A program made the position numbers and the translations under genes. 32,000 bases of DNA from Candidatus Saccharimonadota bacterium (lineage in GTDB: Archaea; Micrarchaeota; Micrarchaeia; Micrarchaeales; Micrarchaeaceae). Below the pieces are notes generated by a model. That model was not told the DNA's origin. It saw nothing but the letters and a program-made list of their open reading frames with translations, and ran no database searches. Below are positions 16,895-25,976 of the stretch, one piece after another. Within the stretch, counting starts at the first letter, position 1. Each line of letters begins with the position of its first letter. The stretch spans positions 720,001 to 752,000 of the forward strand of contig OY969114.1 of the NCBI GenBank assembly GCA_963698035.1, given 5' to 3'.

Positions 16895-18239
16895 TAACCT
16901 ACCTTTAAACTTCTGAGCCTCACATGCGGTCCCCCGAGTGAGACAGACACCTCTTGGTTGCCCTTCCCGCAGAATGCGGTCTGCATCATAAAGTCCTTTC
17001 CAACGCCGTCTATATCCTCAAGCGCCTCAAGGAGGAAACCATTCATACTGGCGCCACTCTTCAGACTGGCGACTACCTGACCTCCTACTATTTTGTACCC
17101 CTCGTCTATTCCAAACTGGAAACTCCCATTGGAGAAATCAACCTCCCCCCGGAAGTGTCGACTATGAGATAACCGTGTTTTATACTGGATATAAGCTCTT
17201 CGGCGGCTATGTCACCTCTTTCCATATACGTGTTTCGCATTCTCACCACTGCCGGCACTGTAACATCCTGCGCCCTTGCGTTTCCCGTAGGCGGCAAGTT
17301 TAGCCTAACAGATTGTAGCAGATCCGTCAGAAAGCCTTCAACTACCCCACTGTCTACTATTCTTACCGGCATGGCTTCGGTTCCTTCATCATCATACTTC
17401 ATGCTGCAACCAGAAAGCAGTGTATCAACAGTTGGCGCATCCACTATGCTGACAGAGCCAATAGCTATCTTCTTTCCCCTTTCCTTGAGAAGCAGGCCTT
17501 GCTCGCCGCGATAATCAACTTCCGCAAGATGACCTACCGCCTCGTGGCAGAAAGTGCCTACAGCTTCTGGGCCAAGGACAACCCGGTACTCGCCCGCATC
17601 TACCGAGATGCCCTTTAGCTTGGCATCAAGTTTCCTTGCAATGTTGTCTCTAAGAGTTTCCATACTTACTAGATCAAAAACATAACCGCGTGTTGTGGCT
17701 GCAGGCACGAATGCGGTAGCCATGTTGCCTGGCGTACCTGCAGTTGCTGTTACGATAAGCGAAGAGTTGGGAATCGATTGAGTTATTTCTCTACCATTGG
17801 TGTCAAAGTACTCCTTTTCCACTACCACTTCATAGTAACTTGCATCTATGTTGCGTATCAAGGGGGTTGATTCCAGTACGAAATCCCTCAACTCCTTCAA
17901 GTCCGCCATCTTGTCTTCCGGCGCCTTGTTAAGATTGGGGGTTGGCTTTACAACATAACTGTCCCTGAGTGGTGGCATAGAAGGCACGCGGTCTTCCCCA
18001 GGGCGCAATCTTAGACGCAGCGCTTCCTCCACATCAGAAGCGGTTGTTTCTCGCGTGGTGAACCTATCAACTACGTTCCCATCGCTCACGACCCTAAGCA
18101 TATAGCCGAATCCCAATACGCTTATATCCACCCTTTCAGTGTCTTCATCCGCTGTTATGCCCAGTACCCTACCCACCTCATGGCGTATGCTGGCAAAATC
18201 AACACCTTTCGACTGTGCCTTCCTTAAAATCTGATGCAT
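16894..18239 (-). pseudogene. tldD: TldD metalloprotease gene interrupted by a 1-nt frameshift in a homopolymer
   Basis: The N-terminal 365 aa include HEAVGHLAE (HExxxH). The listed ORF stops at 17106 after 12 out-of-frame residues. Shifting -1 at the C6 run 17145-17150 (G6 on the coding strand) continues as EVDFSNGSFQFGIDEGYKIVGG...FCGKGNQEVSVSLGGPHVRLRSLKVG, the canonical TldD C-terminus. It ends at TAA 16896-16894. Restored length is ~448 aa. Confidence 0.85.
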
Positions 18240-18307
18240 TCGCCTCCACCCAATTTAAGCGCACCCTCGGGAAGGTGTGCAATTCATGACTGATCATCTT
18301 TACTGGC

Positions 18308-18329
18308 TTATCAAATATTTATATCTACG
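18308..18329 (-). promoter_or_regulatory. Candidate tldD promoter
   Basis: The minus strand reads CGTAGATATAAATATTTGATAA, ~75 nt upstream of ATG 18239, which is preceded by GGTGGAGG. It is divergent from the 18353 cassette. Confidence 0.45.
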
Positions 18330-18352
18330 TCTGGTAGCAGTTTTGCATACTA

Positions 18353-18397
18353 GAAAAGGCATAAATATCTGGATAAATAGAGTGTCTTTGTGACGCT
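18353..18397 (+). promoter_or_regulatory. Conserved promoter/5' cassette
   Basis: GAAAAGGCATAAATATCTGGATAAATAGAGTGTCTTTGTGACGCT precedes ATG 18398. Confidence 0.65.
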
Positions 18398-18889
18398 ATG
18401 TCAGAAGCAACAAGTGGAATTCGAAAACCAGAAGAAGTACAAACACCGAAGATAGTCTTCGCTGTAGGCAATCTGCGCATTGCAGAGATGGATGCAAATT
18501 ATCGGCAATCCATGGATTTTGCAAATAAGCCGGAAGGGGGAAGATCGGCGTTTACAAGGGAAGATTATGATAAATTAAGTGATTTGCAAAATGAGGAGTT
18601 GGCGCGTTTCCTTATCAAGCATCATAAAAACAAAGAGGGAGATGAAGGCAGAGTACGGGACGACTACGATTGGTTCTATCTGGGCGATAAAATGAGAGTA
18701 GACGATTTTGGCGACCCATATTTGTCGATAGTTTGCCCCAGCTGGAGTGGGTTGTTTGCGACGCCATCCTCTCGTTCCGATACGCAGAATGCTGTTGCGC
18801 CCCTGGTGGCGTACTATACCGAAACAAGCGCGGATTATAGGTTCAATCCGATAGAAGAGCTAAAACGTTCAGGGCCAAGCCCGCGCTGA
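18398..18889 (+). CDS. Hypothetical protein
   Basis: Cassette promoter plus GTGA-N4-ATG. No recognisable motif. The last codons (SGPSPR) lie in a repeat/hairpin. Confidence 0.55.
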   Translation: MSEATSGIRKPEEVQTPKIVFAVGNLRIAEMDANYRQSMDFANKPEGGRSAFTREDYDKLSDLQNEELARFLIKHHKNKEGDEGRVRDDYDWFYLGDKMRVDDFGDPYLSIVCPSWSGLFATPSSRSDTQNAVAPLVAYYTETSADYRFNPIEELKRSGPSPR

Positions 18890-18920
18890 GAGTAGCTGTG
18901 CATGAGAGCGGGCTGGGAAG
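18871..18920 (+). repeat. AAGCC unit plus complementary GGGCT box (hairpin-capable)
   Basis: AGGGCCAAGCCCGCGCTGAGAGTAGCTGTGCATGAGAGCGGGCTGGGAAG. AGCCCGC (18878-18884) is complementary to GCGGGCT (18908-18914). Confidence 0.55.
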
Positions 18921-18958
18921 AAGCATACGCTTTAATAATTTAAATGCGTTCATTCATC

Positions 18959-19279
18959 ATGGCAAATAAAAAACCCAAGGTTATCGCAGACATAACTATC
19001 TTCCCGACCGGCGTCGGCACAAGTGTCGGCGACTACGTTAGGGCAGCGTTCAAATCAATGAAAAGCGTCAAGGGCGTGAAACTGCAGCCAAATGCGATGT
19101 CTACCGTAATCGAAGCAGATAGTTTGCGGGCTGTCTTCTTGGCCGCGGATAGAGCGCATAAAGCGGTATTGAAGATGGGAGCCAAGCGCGTATACATTGT
19201 GCTAAGAATAGACCATAGATTAGATAAGCCGGAAACCGCAAGCTACAAACTGGACAGGATTAAAGGCAAAATAGCGTAA
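18959..19279 (+). CDS. MTH1187/YkoF-like (UPF0045) thiamine-binding-type protein
   Basis: KVIADITIFPTGVGTSVGDYVRAAFKSMK...MSTVIEAD fits the MTH1187-family N-terminal pattern. The start could be 18944 or 18959. Confidence 0.7.
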   Translation: MANKKPKVIADITIFPTGVGTSVGDYVRAAFKSMKSVKGVKLQPNAMSTVIEADSLRAVFLAADRAHKAVLKMGAKRVYIVLRIDHRLDKPETASYKLDRIKGKIA

Positions 19280-19296
19280 TGCATTAGAGTGATAAT

Positions 19297-19710
19297 ATGC
19301 CACAACAACTTGTTACACAGAATCCAGAATTCCGACAGGCAGAGGCCGTAATGATATCAAAAACTCAAATTACCCAGGAACGGGGGTTTGAGGCTGTCAA
19401 AAGCAAGAAAGGATACCACGTGGCTTCTGAAGAGGAGCTTGATGCTCTTTCCAGAACGAATCAGGGCGTTAGAGAACTTCTAATCAGCAGTTGGGTTTTA
19501 ACAAATAAAATAAATGAATACGGCGGTCCTGTGGCTGTCAGCTTCGGCTACGGCGGGTACTGGTACTTAGGCGTCATTCATGGGGAGAGGGGTCCCGACC
19601 TTCATGGCTGGGTGGTGTTGGTGCCAGATGCCAGCGAAGCTACCACGCCACAAAGTGAACCTCTAAGGCCAACACCTACTATACTAAGAAGAAGGAGCAC
19701 AGAGACATAA
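19297..19710 (+). CDS. Hypothetical protein
   Basis: GTGA-N4-ATG lies 17 nt after the upstream stop, so it is likely co-transcribed. No recognisable domain. Confidence 0.55.
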   Translation: MPQQLVTQNPEFRQAEAVMISKTQITQERGFEAVKSKKGYHVASEEELDALSRTNQGVRELLISSWVLTNKINEYGGPVAVSFGYGGYWYLGVIHGERGPDLHGWVVLVPDASEATTPQSEPLRPTPTILRRRSTET

Positions 19711-19756
19711 GCCTAAGCAGAAGGAGAGAGATTAAGGTAGGAGAGTGCCGGAAGAG
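19707..19756 (+). repeat. AAGCC-type array plus purine box
   Basis: ATAAGCCTAAGCAGAAGGAGAGAGATTAAGGTAGGAGAGTGCCGGAAGAG. The stop TAA (19708-19710) begins the first unit. Confidence 0.6.
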
Positions 19757-19809
19757 TTTCGCCCCATCACATTTTTATACTAATGCATCTAATTGTTTCT
19801 GGTGGATAA

Positions 19810-20292
19810 ATGCCAGGCGCTAGAAGCACCCCGGCCATCATGTTTGCAATTGTTGTTGTGGCGGTCATTTTAGCCATCCTAATATCATTCGCGCTAGTGC
19901 TTGTCACTTTTAATTTCACTGCCGTGCTTGTCGCTGTCGTGTTCTTCCCGATCCTCGATATCGTTTACAGAAGCGTGAAGGGCACCAAGCTGAAAGAATT
20001 CTCACAGGCTTTGGCTGCTGCAGTAGGCGGATGCCTGATTGCAGTCGCATATTCCCCCTTCATATTGGGGTTAACTGTCTTGCGCAACAGAGTTGCCTTC
20101 TGCCTGCCTTCCCCCCCACAGTATTATTTGATTTATTTAGGAATAATGATTACAGGCATAATTGGAGCGCTGGTGATGACGCGCATGCAGAAAGCGAGGA
20201 TTGTGAATCCGGCACTGGCATTTCTATTGTCCTGGGCCCTAATGAGCACGCTCATATCGTTTAGCGGCTGGCTATGCCCGAACATTATTTAG
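19810..20292 (+). CDS. Polytopic membrane protein, unknown function
   Basis: Four to five hydrophobic helices. TATA TTTTTATACT upstream and GGTGGA before the ATG. Confidence 0.55.
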   Translation: MPGARSTPAIMFAIVVVAVILAILISFALVLVTFNFTAVLVAVVFFPILDIVYRSVKGTKLKEFSQALAAAVGGCLIAVAYSPFILGLTVLRNRVAFCLPSPPQYYLIYLGIMITGIIGALVMTRMQKARIVNPALAFLLSWALMSTLISFSGWLCPNII

Positions 20293-20321
20293 AGACTCCA
20301 TCATGCTGGAACAGAGCGTTG

Positions 20322-20360
20322 CTTAGCCCTGCACCCAAAGCCCAAGCCCAGCATAAGCAG
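20322..20360 (+). repeat. AAGCC-type array
   Basis: CTTAGCCCTGCACCCAAAGCCCAAGCCCAGCATAAGCAG. Confidence 0.6.
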
Positions 20361-20380
20361 CTAAAAGGTCTGTGACTAAA

Positions 20381-21121
20381 ATGAAACTCATACAACTCAA
20401 CATCTGCCGCGGATTCCTCAAAATGTACGCGATAGAGTTTCTGAAAAAGGAGGATCCTGACATAATTAACCTTCAAGAAGTTTCTAGAGGTATGGGCACC
20501 ACCAACACCGACTACTTCAGTACGTACGAATCGCTGCAAAGAGCTCTCGATTATAGACACTCGTTCTACTCACCAACAATAGAGGGCAGATTTGCCAAGC
20601 ATTTCGTTTCCGAAGGGCAATTAATACTGTCCAAATACCCCCTGATATACAAAAAGGCAATCTACATGCACGGCAAACCAGATTTCCACAGCAGCTTTAT
20701 TGGGAAAAAGGACCGGAATGTGGAAGTGCTTCAGCATGTCAAGATAAAAATTGGCGGCAAGATAGTCAATGACCTAAATTATCATGGCTATTTTATATGG
20801 GGCTCGAGGGCCGGAAACAAAATCACAGAATCCCATTCAAAAAAGATACTGAATTGCATGGACTCAATTGACCAGAACGAGCAGACCATACTCTCGGGAG
20901 ACTTTAACCTCTCTCCTAAGTCAAATTCGCTTAGGATGATAAGCAGGAGCTATCCCGACCTTATCTCAAAGTACAAAATAAAAACTACGAGAAACGAGTT
21001 GAGCCGTGAGAAGACGCCGGTTGATAACATATTTGTAAATAGGCGGGTAAAGGTCAAATCCCTAAGGGTTCCCATGGTATATATATCGGATCACCTGCCT
21101 CTGGTAATGAACTTTGAATAG
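20381..21121 (+). CDS. Endonuclease/exonuclease/phosphatase (EEP) family protein
   Basis: MKLIQLNI...INLQEV...SGDFNL...SDHLPLV are the EEP catalytic motifs. Start set to ATG 20381 (GTGA-N5-ATG). Confidence 0.8.
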   Translation: MKLIQLNICRGFLKMYAIEFLKKEDPDIINLQEVSRGMGTTNTDYFSTYESLQRALDYRHSFYSPTIEGRFAKHFVSEGQLILSKYPLIYKKAIYMHGKPDFHSSFIGKKDRNVEVLQHVKIKIGGKIVNDLNYHGYFIWGSRAGNKITESHSKKILNCMDSIDQNEQTILSGDFNLSPKSNSLRMISRSYPDLISKYKIKTTRNELSREKTPVDNIFVNRRVKVKSLRVPMVYISDHLPLVMNFE

Positions 21122-21126
21122 GAGAG

Positions 21127-21342
21127 TCATTTGGGCTCTTCTATTTTCTTTTTTGTGGTGCCGCCACCATAGAAGGCATGCCCACATTTCCTGCACAATG
21201 TATAAACTTCATCCTTCCTGCCTTTTAGCTTGGTAAGAGATTCATTCTCGCAGGCGCATGAGCATTGTACGAACTTTCTCTTGGTGAAAACAATTTCGGT
21301 TAAAACGCTCTCATCCCTCGCTTCATAACATAGCTTGCACAT
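21127..21342 (-). CDS. Small zinc-ribbon protein
   Basis: Two CxxC pairs (MCKLC ... CRKC) plus CSCAC. TATA TATATTTTATG ~33 nt upstream. Confidence 0.55.
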   Translation of the reverse strand: MCKLCYEARDESVLTEIVFTKRKFVQCSCACENESLTKLKGRKDEVYTLCRKCGHAFYGGGTTKKKIEEPK

Positions 21343-21384
21343 CTCAATACCCCTAATTAATAAAACAACATAAAATATACCTCC

Positions 21385-21440
21385 AATAAGCCTTAAAGCT
21401 TTAGCTCAAGCCGAGTCAGGGGAGAGAAGGAGGGAAGTCG
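21385..21440 (+). repeat. AAGCC-type array plus purine box, flanked only by minus-strand genes
   Basis: AATAAGCCTTAAAGCTTTAGCTCAAGCCGAGTCAGGGGAGAGAAGGAGGGAAGTCG. Confidence 0.6.
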
Positions 21441-21448
21441 GATTCTAT

Positions 21449-22183
21449 TTATTTGATATCATATCCAACTCTAACATCGCCGCCCCGTGCCTTTATATTG
21501 CGAATAGCGACATGCCCTATATCTGCGAGGTTGCTTACGTGTGTTCCACCGCACGGAAGGCCGAAGTCCCCGAATACTACGACCCTGCTTGGCTTATCCT
21601 CAGGAATATTGTCCGGCACGTGCCTACAAACAGAATGCATCTCACTTTTATTAATAAACAATAATTTCGGTACTATATTTTCTTTGAGAATCTGATTGCA
21701 TGCTTCCTCAATGTCCACGCGAAGTTTTTCTTTACCGGATTCTTCTGCACTTCCTTCATATTCAACATAAGGCCCCTCCGGAAAGTGATATCCCTTTATA
21801 GGAATCCAATCTGGTTTAACCTTCGATACTGCATAGTCAACAACGTGACCTGCCGAATGAAGTTTGCTATTCAATGCTCTCCTTTCTTTTTCTACAACAC
21901 ACTCTACCACTTCGCCAGAAGGAAAGTTTCCAAGTTCAAATTTCCCGATATGGTGTACCATACCCTCTATAAAACGAACTTCTTCAACAACAAATTTCGA
22001 TAATTCTGAATGAATTATGCCTTTATCATAAGGCTGTCCACCACCTTGTGGGTAGAATATAGTTTGATCTAAAAAAACGGTTGTTCTCCCATCTTTGTTA
22101 GAAACGCCAATAATGCTTGCCCTACAGTCTAATAGGTTATAATTTTCCAAATATATGAGTTTTGTAGGTATATCTGAGGTCAT
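21449..22183 (-). CDS. alaX: Alanyl-tRNA editing protein (AlaX-M type)
   Basis: HSAGHVV (HxxxH) and CGGTHV (CxxxH) zinc motifs of the Ala/Thr-tRNA synthetase editing domain, in a ~240 aa protein. Confidence 0.85.
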   Translation of the reverse strand: MTSDIPTKLIYLENYNLLDCRASIIGVSNKDGRTTVFLDQTIFYPQGGGQPYDKGIIHSELSKFVVEEVRFIEGMVHHIGKFELGNFPSGEVVECVVEKERRALNSKLHSAGHVVDYAVSKVKPDWIPIKGYHFPEGPYVEYEGSAEESGKEKLRVDIEEACNQILKENIVPKLLFINKSEMHSVCRHVPDNIPEDKPSRVVVFGDFGLPCGGTHVSNLADIGHVAIRNIKARGGDVRVGYDIK

Positions 22184-22215
22184 TTACATCCCAACAAGTA
22201 GTATGTACAACACAT

Positions 22216-22488
22216 TCAGATTGAAATCCCTATCAATTTTAGGATTATTATGATCGCTACAGCAGGCAACCCAGCAATTGCGACTACGATAATTGTAAGC
22301 AGGTTGTAAACTATCCCTAGATTGAAAATGGTGTTCACCGCGTATATGGCAATCAGGCCGAGTATGCTGTTTACTATGAGACCGACTATTACGCGGCCCA
22401 GCTTGAAGATAATGAACAATATAAGTGCAATCGCTGCTATTACCAGTATCTCTGAAAGAACAGGTCCTATAATTATGGCTGCCAACAA
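22216..22488 (-). CDS. BofA-like small membrane protein, paralog 2
   Basis: 90 aa, three TM helices. 30/51 identical residues to the upstream paralog in the core IVNSILGLIAIYAVNTIFNLGIVYNLLTIIVVAIAGLPAVAIIIIL. The LGIPGV-like segment recalls the BofA family. Confidence 0.6.
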   Translation of the reverse strand: MLAAIIIGPVLSEILVIAAIALILFIIFKLGRVIVGLIVNSILGLIAIYAVNTIFNLGIVYNLLTIIVVAIAGLPAVAIIIILKLIGISI

Positions 22489-22497
22489 ATTACCCCA

Positions 22498-22779
22498 TTA
22501 TTTTTTATCTTTTTTACCTACTCCAAGCAAATTCAGTATTATCAGAATGGCCACTGCAAGCAACCCAAATATCGCAACAAAGACAATCACGAGCAGATTG
22601 TACCTTATGCCAAGACCAAAAATAGCATTTACCAGGAATATTACTACAAATCCGACTATGGTGTTGATTAGGAGGGTGTATAATATGCTCCCGCTAAGCG
22701 GCAGGATATAGAAAAATATCAGTGCAATTAGGACTATAGCTAGCAATAACCCTATTCCAGGCCCTGTTTTTGTTGCCAT
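22498..22779 (-). CDS. BofA-like small membrane protein, paralog 1
   Basis: 93 aa. The gene ends 9 nt before paralog 2. GTGA-N4-ATG start context. Confidence 0.6.
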   Translation of the reverse strand: MATKTGPGIGLLLAIVLIALIFFYILPLSGSILYTLLINTIVGFVVIFLVNAIFGLGIRYNLLVIVFVAIFGLLAVAILIILNLLGVGKKDKK

Positions 22780-22946
22780 AAGATCACACTTATCCTCATA
22801 CTCTTAGATAATTCACTTATTGGGTTTTTATGCCTTGTGCTATACTCCGACAAAACCCCCTCTTGCACACGCATGCAAGAATCTATTCCGCTAGGCGCAC
22901 GCCAACATTTATATATCATAAAAGGCTGAAAGTTAATGTTGGTGTT

Positions 22947-23327
22947 ATGGAAGTGGAAGTAGCGAGAAGGGATAAGGTCAAGTTCGATCCAATAGAGAAA
23001 GTTCCTATGGGCGATGGGGAATGCCTGCGCACTATGGCCCCAGCCTCGCTGGACATAGGCAAAATGGAAGGGATGATAGCCAAGGGCGCAAGACTTACTC
23101 CCGTATCCAGGATAAGGGCGGACGGCACAAGCAGGGCGCCAGTAGACAGGTTGGAGTACAAACTTGAAGGCAAAGGCATGGCAGCTACGGCCAGCGTATC
23201 TGACAATGGTGCGTTCGGGGTGAGTGTACAGAGCGACGAGTACAGGCTTGAGGATGGTAGCGTTTACGCAAATGCGCTAAGAAGGAAGCTTATGCGCAGC
23301 ATAATCGATGCACTCGAGAGCGGGTAG
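22947..23327 (+). CDS. Hypothetical protein
   Basis: Start set to MEVEVARR (ATG 22947), with TATA TTTATATA ~36 nt upstream. No recognisable domain. Confidence 0.5.
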   Translation: MEVEVARRDKVKFDPIEKVPMGDGECLRTMAPASLDIGKMEGMIAKGARLTPVSRIRADGTSRAPVDRLEYKLEGKGMAATASVSDNGAFGVSVQSDEYRLEDGSVYANALRRKLMRSIIDALESG

Positions 23328-23444
23328 CAATTTCGAATAATACTACTCCTAAAGGGCACAAGAATTTGCAATACTATAACGCCAATCAGAGTTTTAGAGA
23401 ATACTGTGATATTGTTCTTAAAAGGCCGCAAAACAAGTAAGAGT

Positions 23445-23660
23445 TTACCAGCTATCCTCGGCTCTACGCCAAGGACGCCTTATAACGGGCTCCGCCGGGC
23501 TCCTTCCTTCATCCTCGTCCCTGCTCCGCTTTGCCGGCTCTTCCTCATCGAAAAGCTCAGCTTTGTCGCCTCTCCGCGTCTCGCTTCCCATTCTTTCAGC
23601 ACCCCTCAACAACTCTCGTGTAGGAGTTGGCCTATTCATTTGTTTGTTCTCTACCATCAC
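23445..23660 (-). CDS. Possible small highly charged protein downstream of guaB
   Basis: ORF starts 15 nt after the guaB stop on the same strand. R/E/D-rich with no motif. It could be non-coding. Confidence 0.25.
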   Translation of the reverse strand: MMVENKQMNRPTPTRELLRGAERMGSETRRGDKAELFDEEEPAKRSRDEDEGRSPAEPVIRRPWRRAEDSW

Positions 23661-23675
23661 TATCGCCTTTCGCCT

Positions 23676-25193
23676 TTACCAGCTTGATTTTGTCTGGAAG
23701 CCCATCTGTATATCATGCGGCATGCTCTCTTTTAATCCTGCGCTTGTTATCCTGATGAATTCTGAGTTCTTCTGCAACTCCTTTATGGTTGTTGCCCCGC
23801 AGTAGCTCATCCCGGACCTTAGGCCGCCTATGAGCTCCCTTATGATCTCCTCGGTCCTTCCCTTGTAGTCAGCGAGGCCCTCAACGCCCTCAGGCGTCCT
23901 GCCCTCTAACATCCCCTCGGTAACCTCCTTCTCCCTAATAATATCTACACCCTCTCTTTTCTTTCTATCAACAGAGGCGGTGAGCGAGGCCATACCGCGC
24001 GTCAGCTTGTACTTTCTGCCGTTCTTGAGAACAACAGGTCCCGGACTTTCATCTGTGCCTGCGAGAAGCCCCCCCACCATAACCGTGGAGGCGCCAGCCG
24101 CCAGCGCCTTGACTATATCGCCTGGCGTTCTTATCCCCCCGTCCCCTATTATCGGGACACCATAATCGTCCGCCACAAGCGCGCTCTCCATTATTGCGCT
24201 GAGCTGCGGCACTCCAAATCCTGTGACTATTCTTGTTATGCAGATGCTGCCGCTTCCCACACCTATCTTCACCGCATCTGCGCCCGCCTTTATCAGATCC
24301 CTTGTACCCTCCGGCGTTGCAACATTGCCTACAATCACCTGAATATCACCGTATGCCTTCTTCACTGCTTTCAGGGTGTCGACCGCATTCGATGAGTGGC
24401 CATGCGCTATATCGACAACAAGCACATCCGCCCCCGCCTCTATGAGCTTGCCCGCCCTGTTCATATAATCGCCCTTGACCCCTATCGCCGCTCCCACCAG
24501 CAGCCTTCCCTTCTTGTCCTTGCTGGCATTCGGGAACTGTATGCGTTTCAGGAGGTCAGATGATGTTATAAGTCCTGTTAGCCTGTCGCTCTTGTCTACA
24601 AGAGGCAGCTTCTCCACCTTGTTATCCTTGAGCAGCTTATAGGCCTCGTCCATCGAGACATTCGTCGGTGCTGTTATCAGCCTCTTCCTGGGGGTCATCA
24701 CCTCCCTTATCTTTATCGTAGGGTCGTCCTGGAGCATTATGTCGCGCGTGGTGAGCACGCCGAGAAGTTTGCGGTCCTTTCCAACGATTACTATACCACC
24801 TATGTCATACTCATCGAGTATCTTTCTCGCATCTGCGATCGGGCGCTCCGGCCCGAGCGTCAGGGGGTCTTCTACCATGAGGTTCTCTGACCTCTTGACT
24901 CTGGCTACCTCCCTCACCTCTTCATCAACGGTTAGAAACCTGTGTATTATCCCAATACCCCCGAGCCTCGCCATCGCGATAGCCATGGAGGCCTCTGTCA
25001 CGACGTCCATATTTGCACTTACTACCGGTATGCCCAGCTCTATCTTTCTCGTTAGGCGGCTCCTGGTGTCGACCATCTTGCGCGTCCTTACATCAGAATA
25101 CTTCGGGACAAGCAGCACATCGTCAAAGGTCAATGCCGGGCCACTGTGTGCAGCAAAAACTCTCATCTTGGAATTAGTACCCCTCTTTACCAT
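23676..25193 (-). CDS. guaB: IMP dehydrogenase with CBS pair
   Basis: [10 protein letters not shown], catalytic loop [28 protein letters not shown], and an inserted CBS region. Confidence 0.95.
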   Translation of the reverse strand: MVKRGTNSKMRVFAAHSGPALTFDDVLLVPKYSDVRTRKMVDTRSRLTRKIELGIPVVSANMDVVTEASMAIAMARLGGIGIIHRFLTVDEEVREVARVKRSENLMVEDPLTLGPERPIADARKILDEYDIGGIVIVGKDRKLLGVLTTRDIMLQDDPTIKIREVMTPRKRLITAPTNVSMDEAYKLLKDNKVEKLPLVDKSDRLTGLITSSDLLKRIQFPNASKDKKGRLLVGAAIGVKGDYMNRAGKLIEAGADVLVVDIAHGHSSNAVDTLKAVKKAYGDIQVIVGNVATPEGTRDLIKAGADAVKIGVGSGSICITRIVTGFGVPQLSAIMESALVADDYGVPIIGDGGIRTPGDIVKALAAGASTVMVGGLLAGTDESPGPVVLKNGRKYKLTRGMASLTASVDRKKREGVDIIREKEVTEGMLEGRTPEGVEGLADYKGRTEEIIRELIGGLRSGMSYCGATTIKELQKNSEFIRITSAGLKESMPHDIQMGFQTKSSW

Positions 25194-25288
25194 AGAATCC
25201 GTATACTATGGATACGCACACTAATATTTAATCATTGCGCAGATAGGGCGAGCATAAAGAACCGCACCGGGGCAGGCTAGAAAACCCC

Positions 25289-25325
25289 AGAAAGCTATAA
25301 ATATCTGGATAATGTGAGCTTTTTT
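25289..25325 (+). promoter_or_regulatory. Conserved promoter/5' cassette
   Basis: AGAAAGCTATAAATATCTGGATAATGTGAGCTTTTTT precedes ATG 25326. Confidence 0.6.
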
Positions 25326-25613
25326 ATGATTGAAATAGCAGCGCAAGATGTATTGAGGGATGCGCAACATACAGTGTCTCGGGTGGACACTAGTGCCGGA
25401 AGCGAGGTTTCTGACAGCCACGCGAGATATTTAGCAAGAATGGCAAATCGCACTGCCGTTGATAGCAATCCATCTCTATATTTGAGGGCGCAACCTAAAG
25501 ATATTACAGCAAGGATGGCCAAGTTTAATGGCGATAAAATTATGGTCCTTGCACTCGGCGCAACTACTTTTGTTCTTACAGAAATCAGTAACTTAGCGCC
25601 GCTATTAAGGTAG
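25326..25613 (+). CDS. Hypothetical protein
   Basis: Chosen over the antisense 116-aa ORF because of the cassette promoter in the plus orientation. No motif. Confidence 0.45.
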   Translation: MIEIAAQDVLRDAQHTVSRVDTSAGSEVSDSHARYLARMANRTAVDSNPSLYLRAQPKDITARMAKFNGDKIMVLALGATTFVLTEISNLAPLLR

Positions 25614-25648
25614 TCTAATCTAACTAGGGACAGAGTATGCTCCAATCA

Positions 25649-25870
25649 TTAGTCTGTGCGCCTGGAAATTCCCGACCTTAATTGGGGCGAAGGCATAAGT
25701 GCAGTGCAACAGCCATCACAACCGTGAACACTTCCTTCCCTTCCCATCTGTTTTGGATACCATATGGTATGACCAATACCGTGTTTGCATGTCCATTCTA
25801 ATCTGCCGTCCTCTCGGTAATTCAATTCTTCTTTTTTATATCCTTTCGCAACTTGTTCTCTCGTTACCAT
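25649..25870 (-). CDS. Small Cys/His-rich protein
   Basis: WTCKHGIGHTIW...VHGCDGCC suggests metal binding. AAAGCTTAG box 30 nt upstream of the ATG. Confidence 0.45.
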   Translation of the reverse strand: MVTREQVAKGYKKEELNYREDGRLEWTCKHGIGHTIWYPKQMGREGSVHGCDGCCTALMPSPQLRSGISRRTD

Positions 25871-25891
25871 ACTTTCATCACTTATGCAAAA

Positions 25892-25928
25892 CTAAGCTTT
25901 AAGCCTTAGCCCAAGCCCAGCTGGCTGG
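25892..25928 (+). repeat. AAGCC-type array
   Basis: CTAAGCTTTAAGCCTTAGCCCAAGCCCAGCTGGCTGG. Confidence 0.6.
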
Positions 25929-25976
25929 ATTGCACCAAGCTTTTTATTTGATATCATTGTATCATTTCCAGAGAGA

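Noticed and set aside
16954-17172. 72-aa plus-strand ORF between pmbA and tldD
   Set aside because: It is antisense to the frameshifted C-terminal segment of tldD, which has unmistakable TldD sequence in the minus strand.
25295-25645. 116-aa minus-strand ORF
   Set aside because: It would read through the plus-oriented cassette promoter at 25289-25325 and has no upstream promoter of its own. The plus-strand ORF 25326-25613 is preferred, though neither has a recognisable domain.
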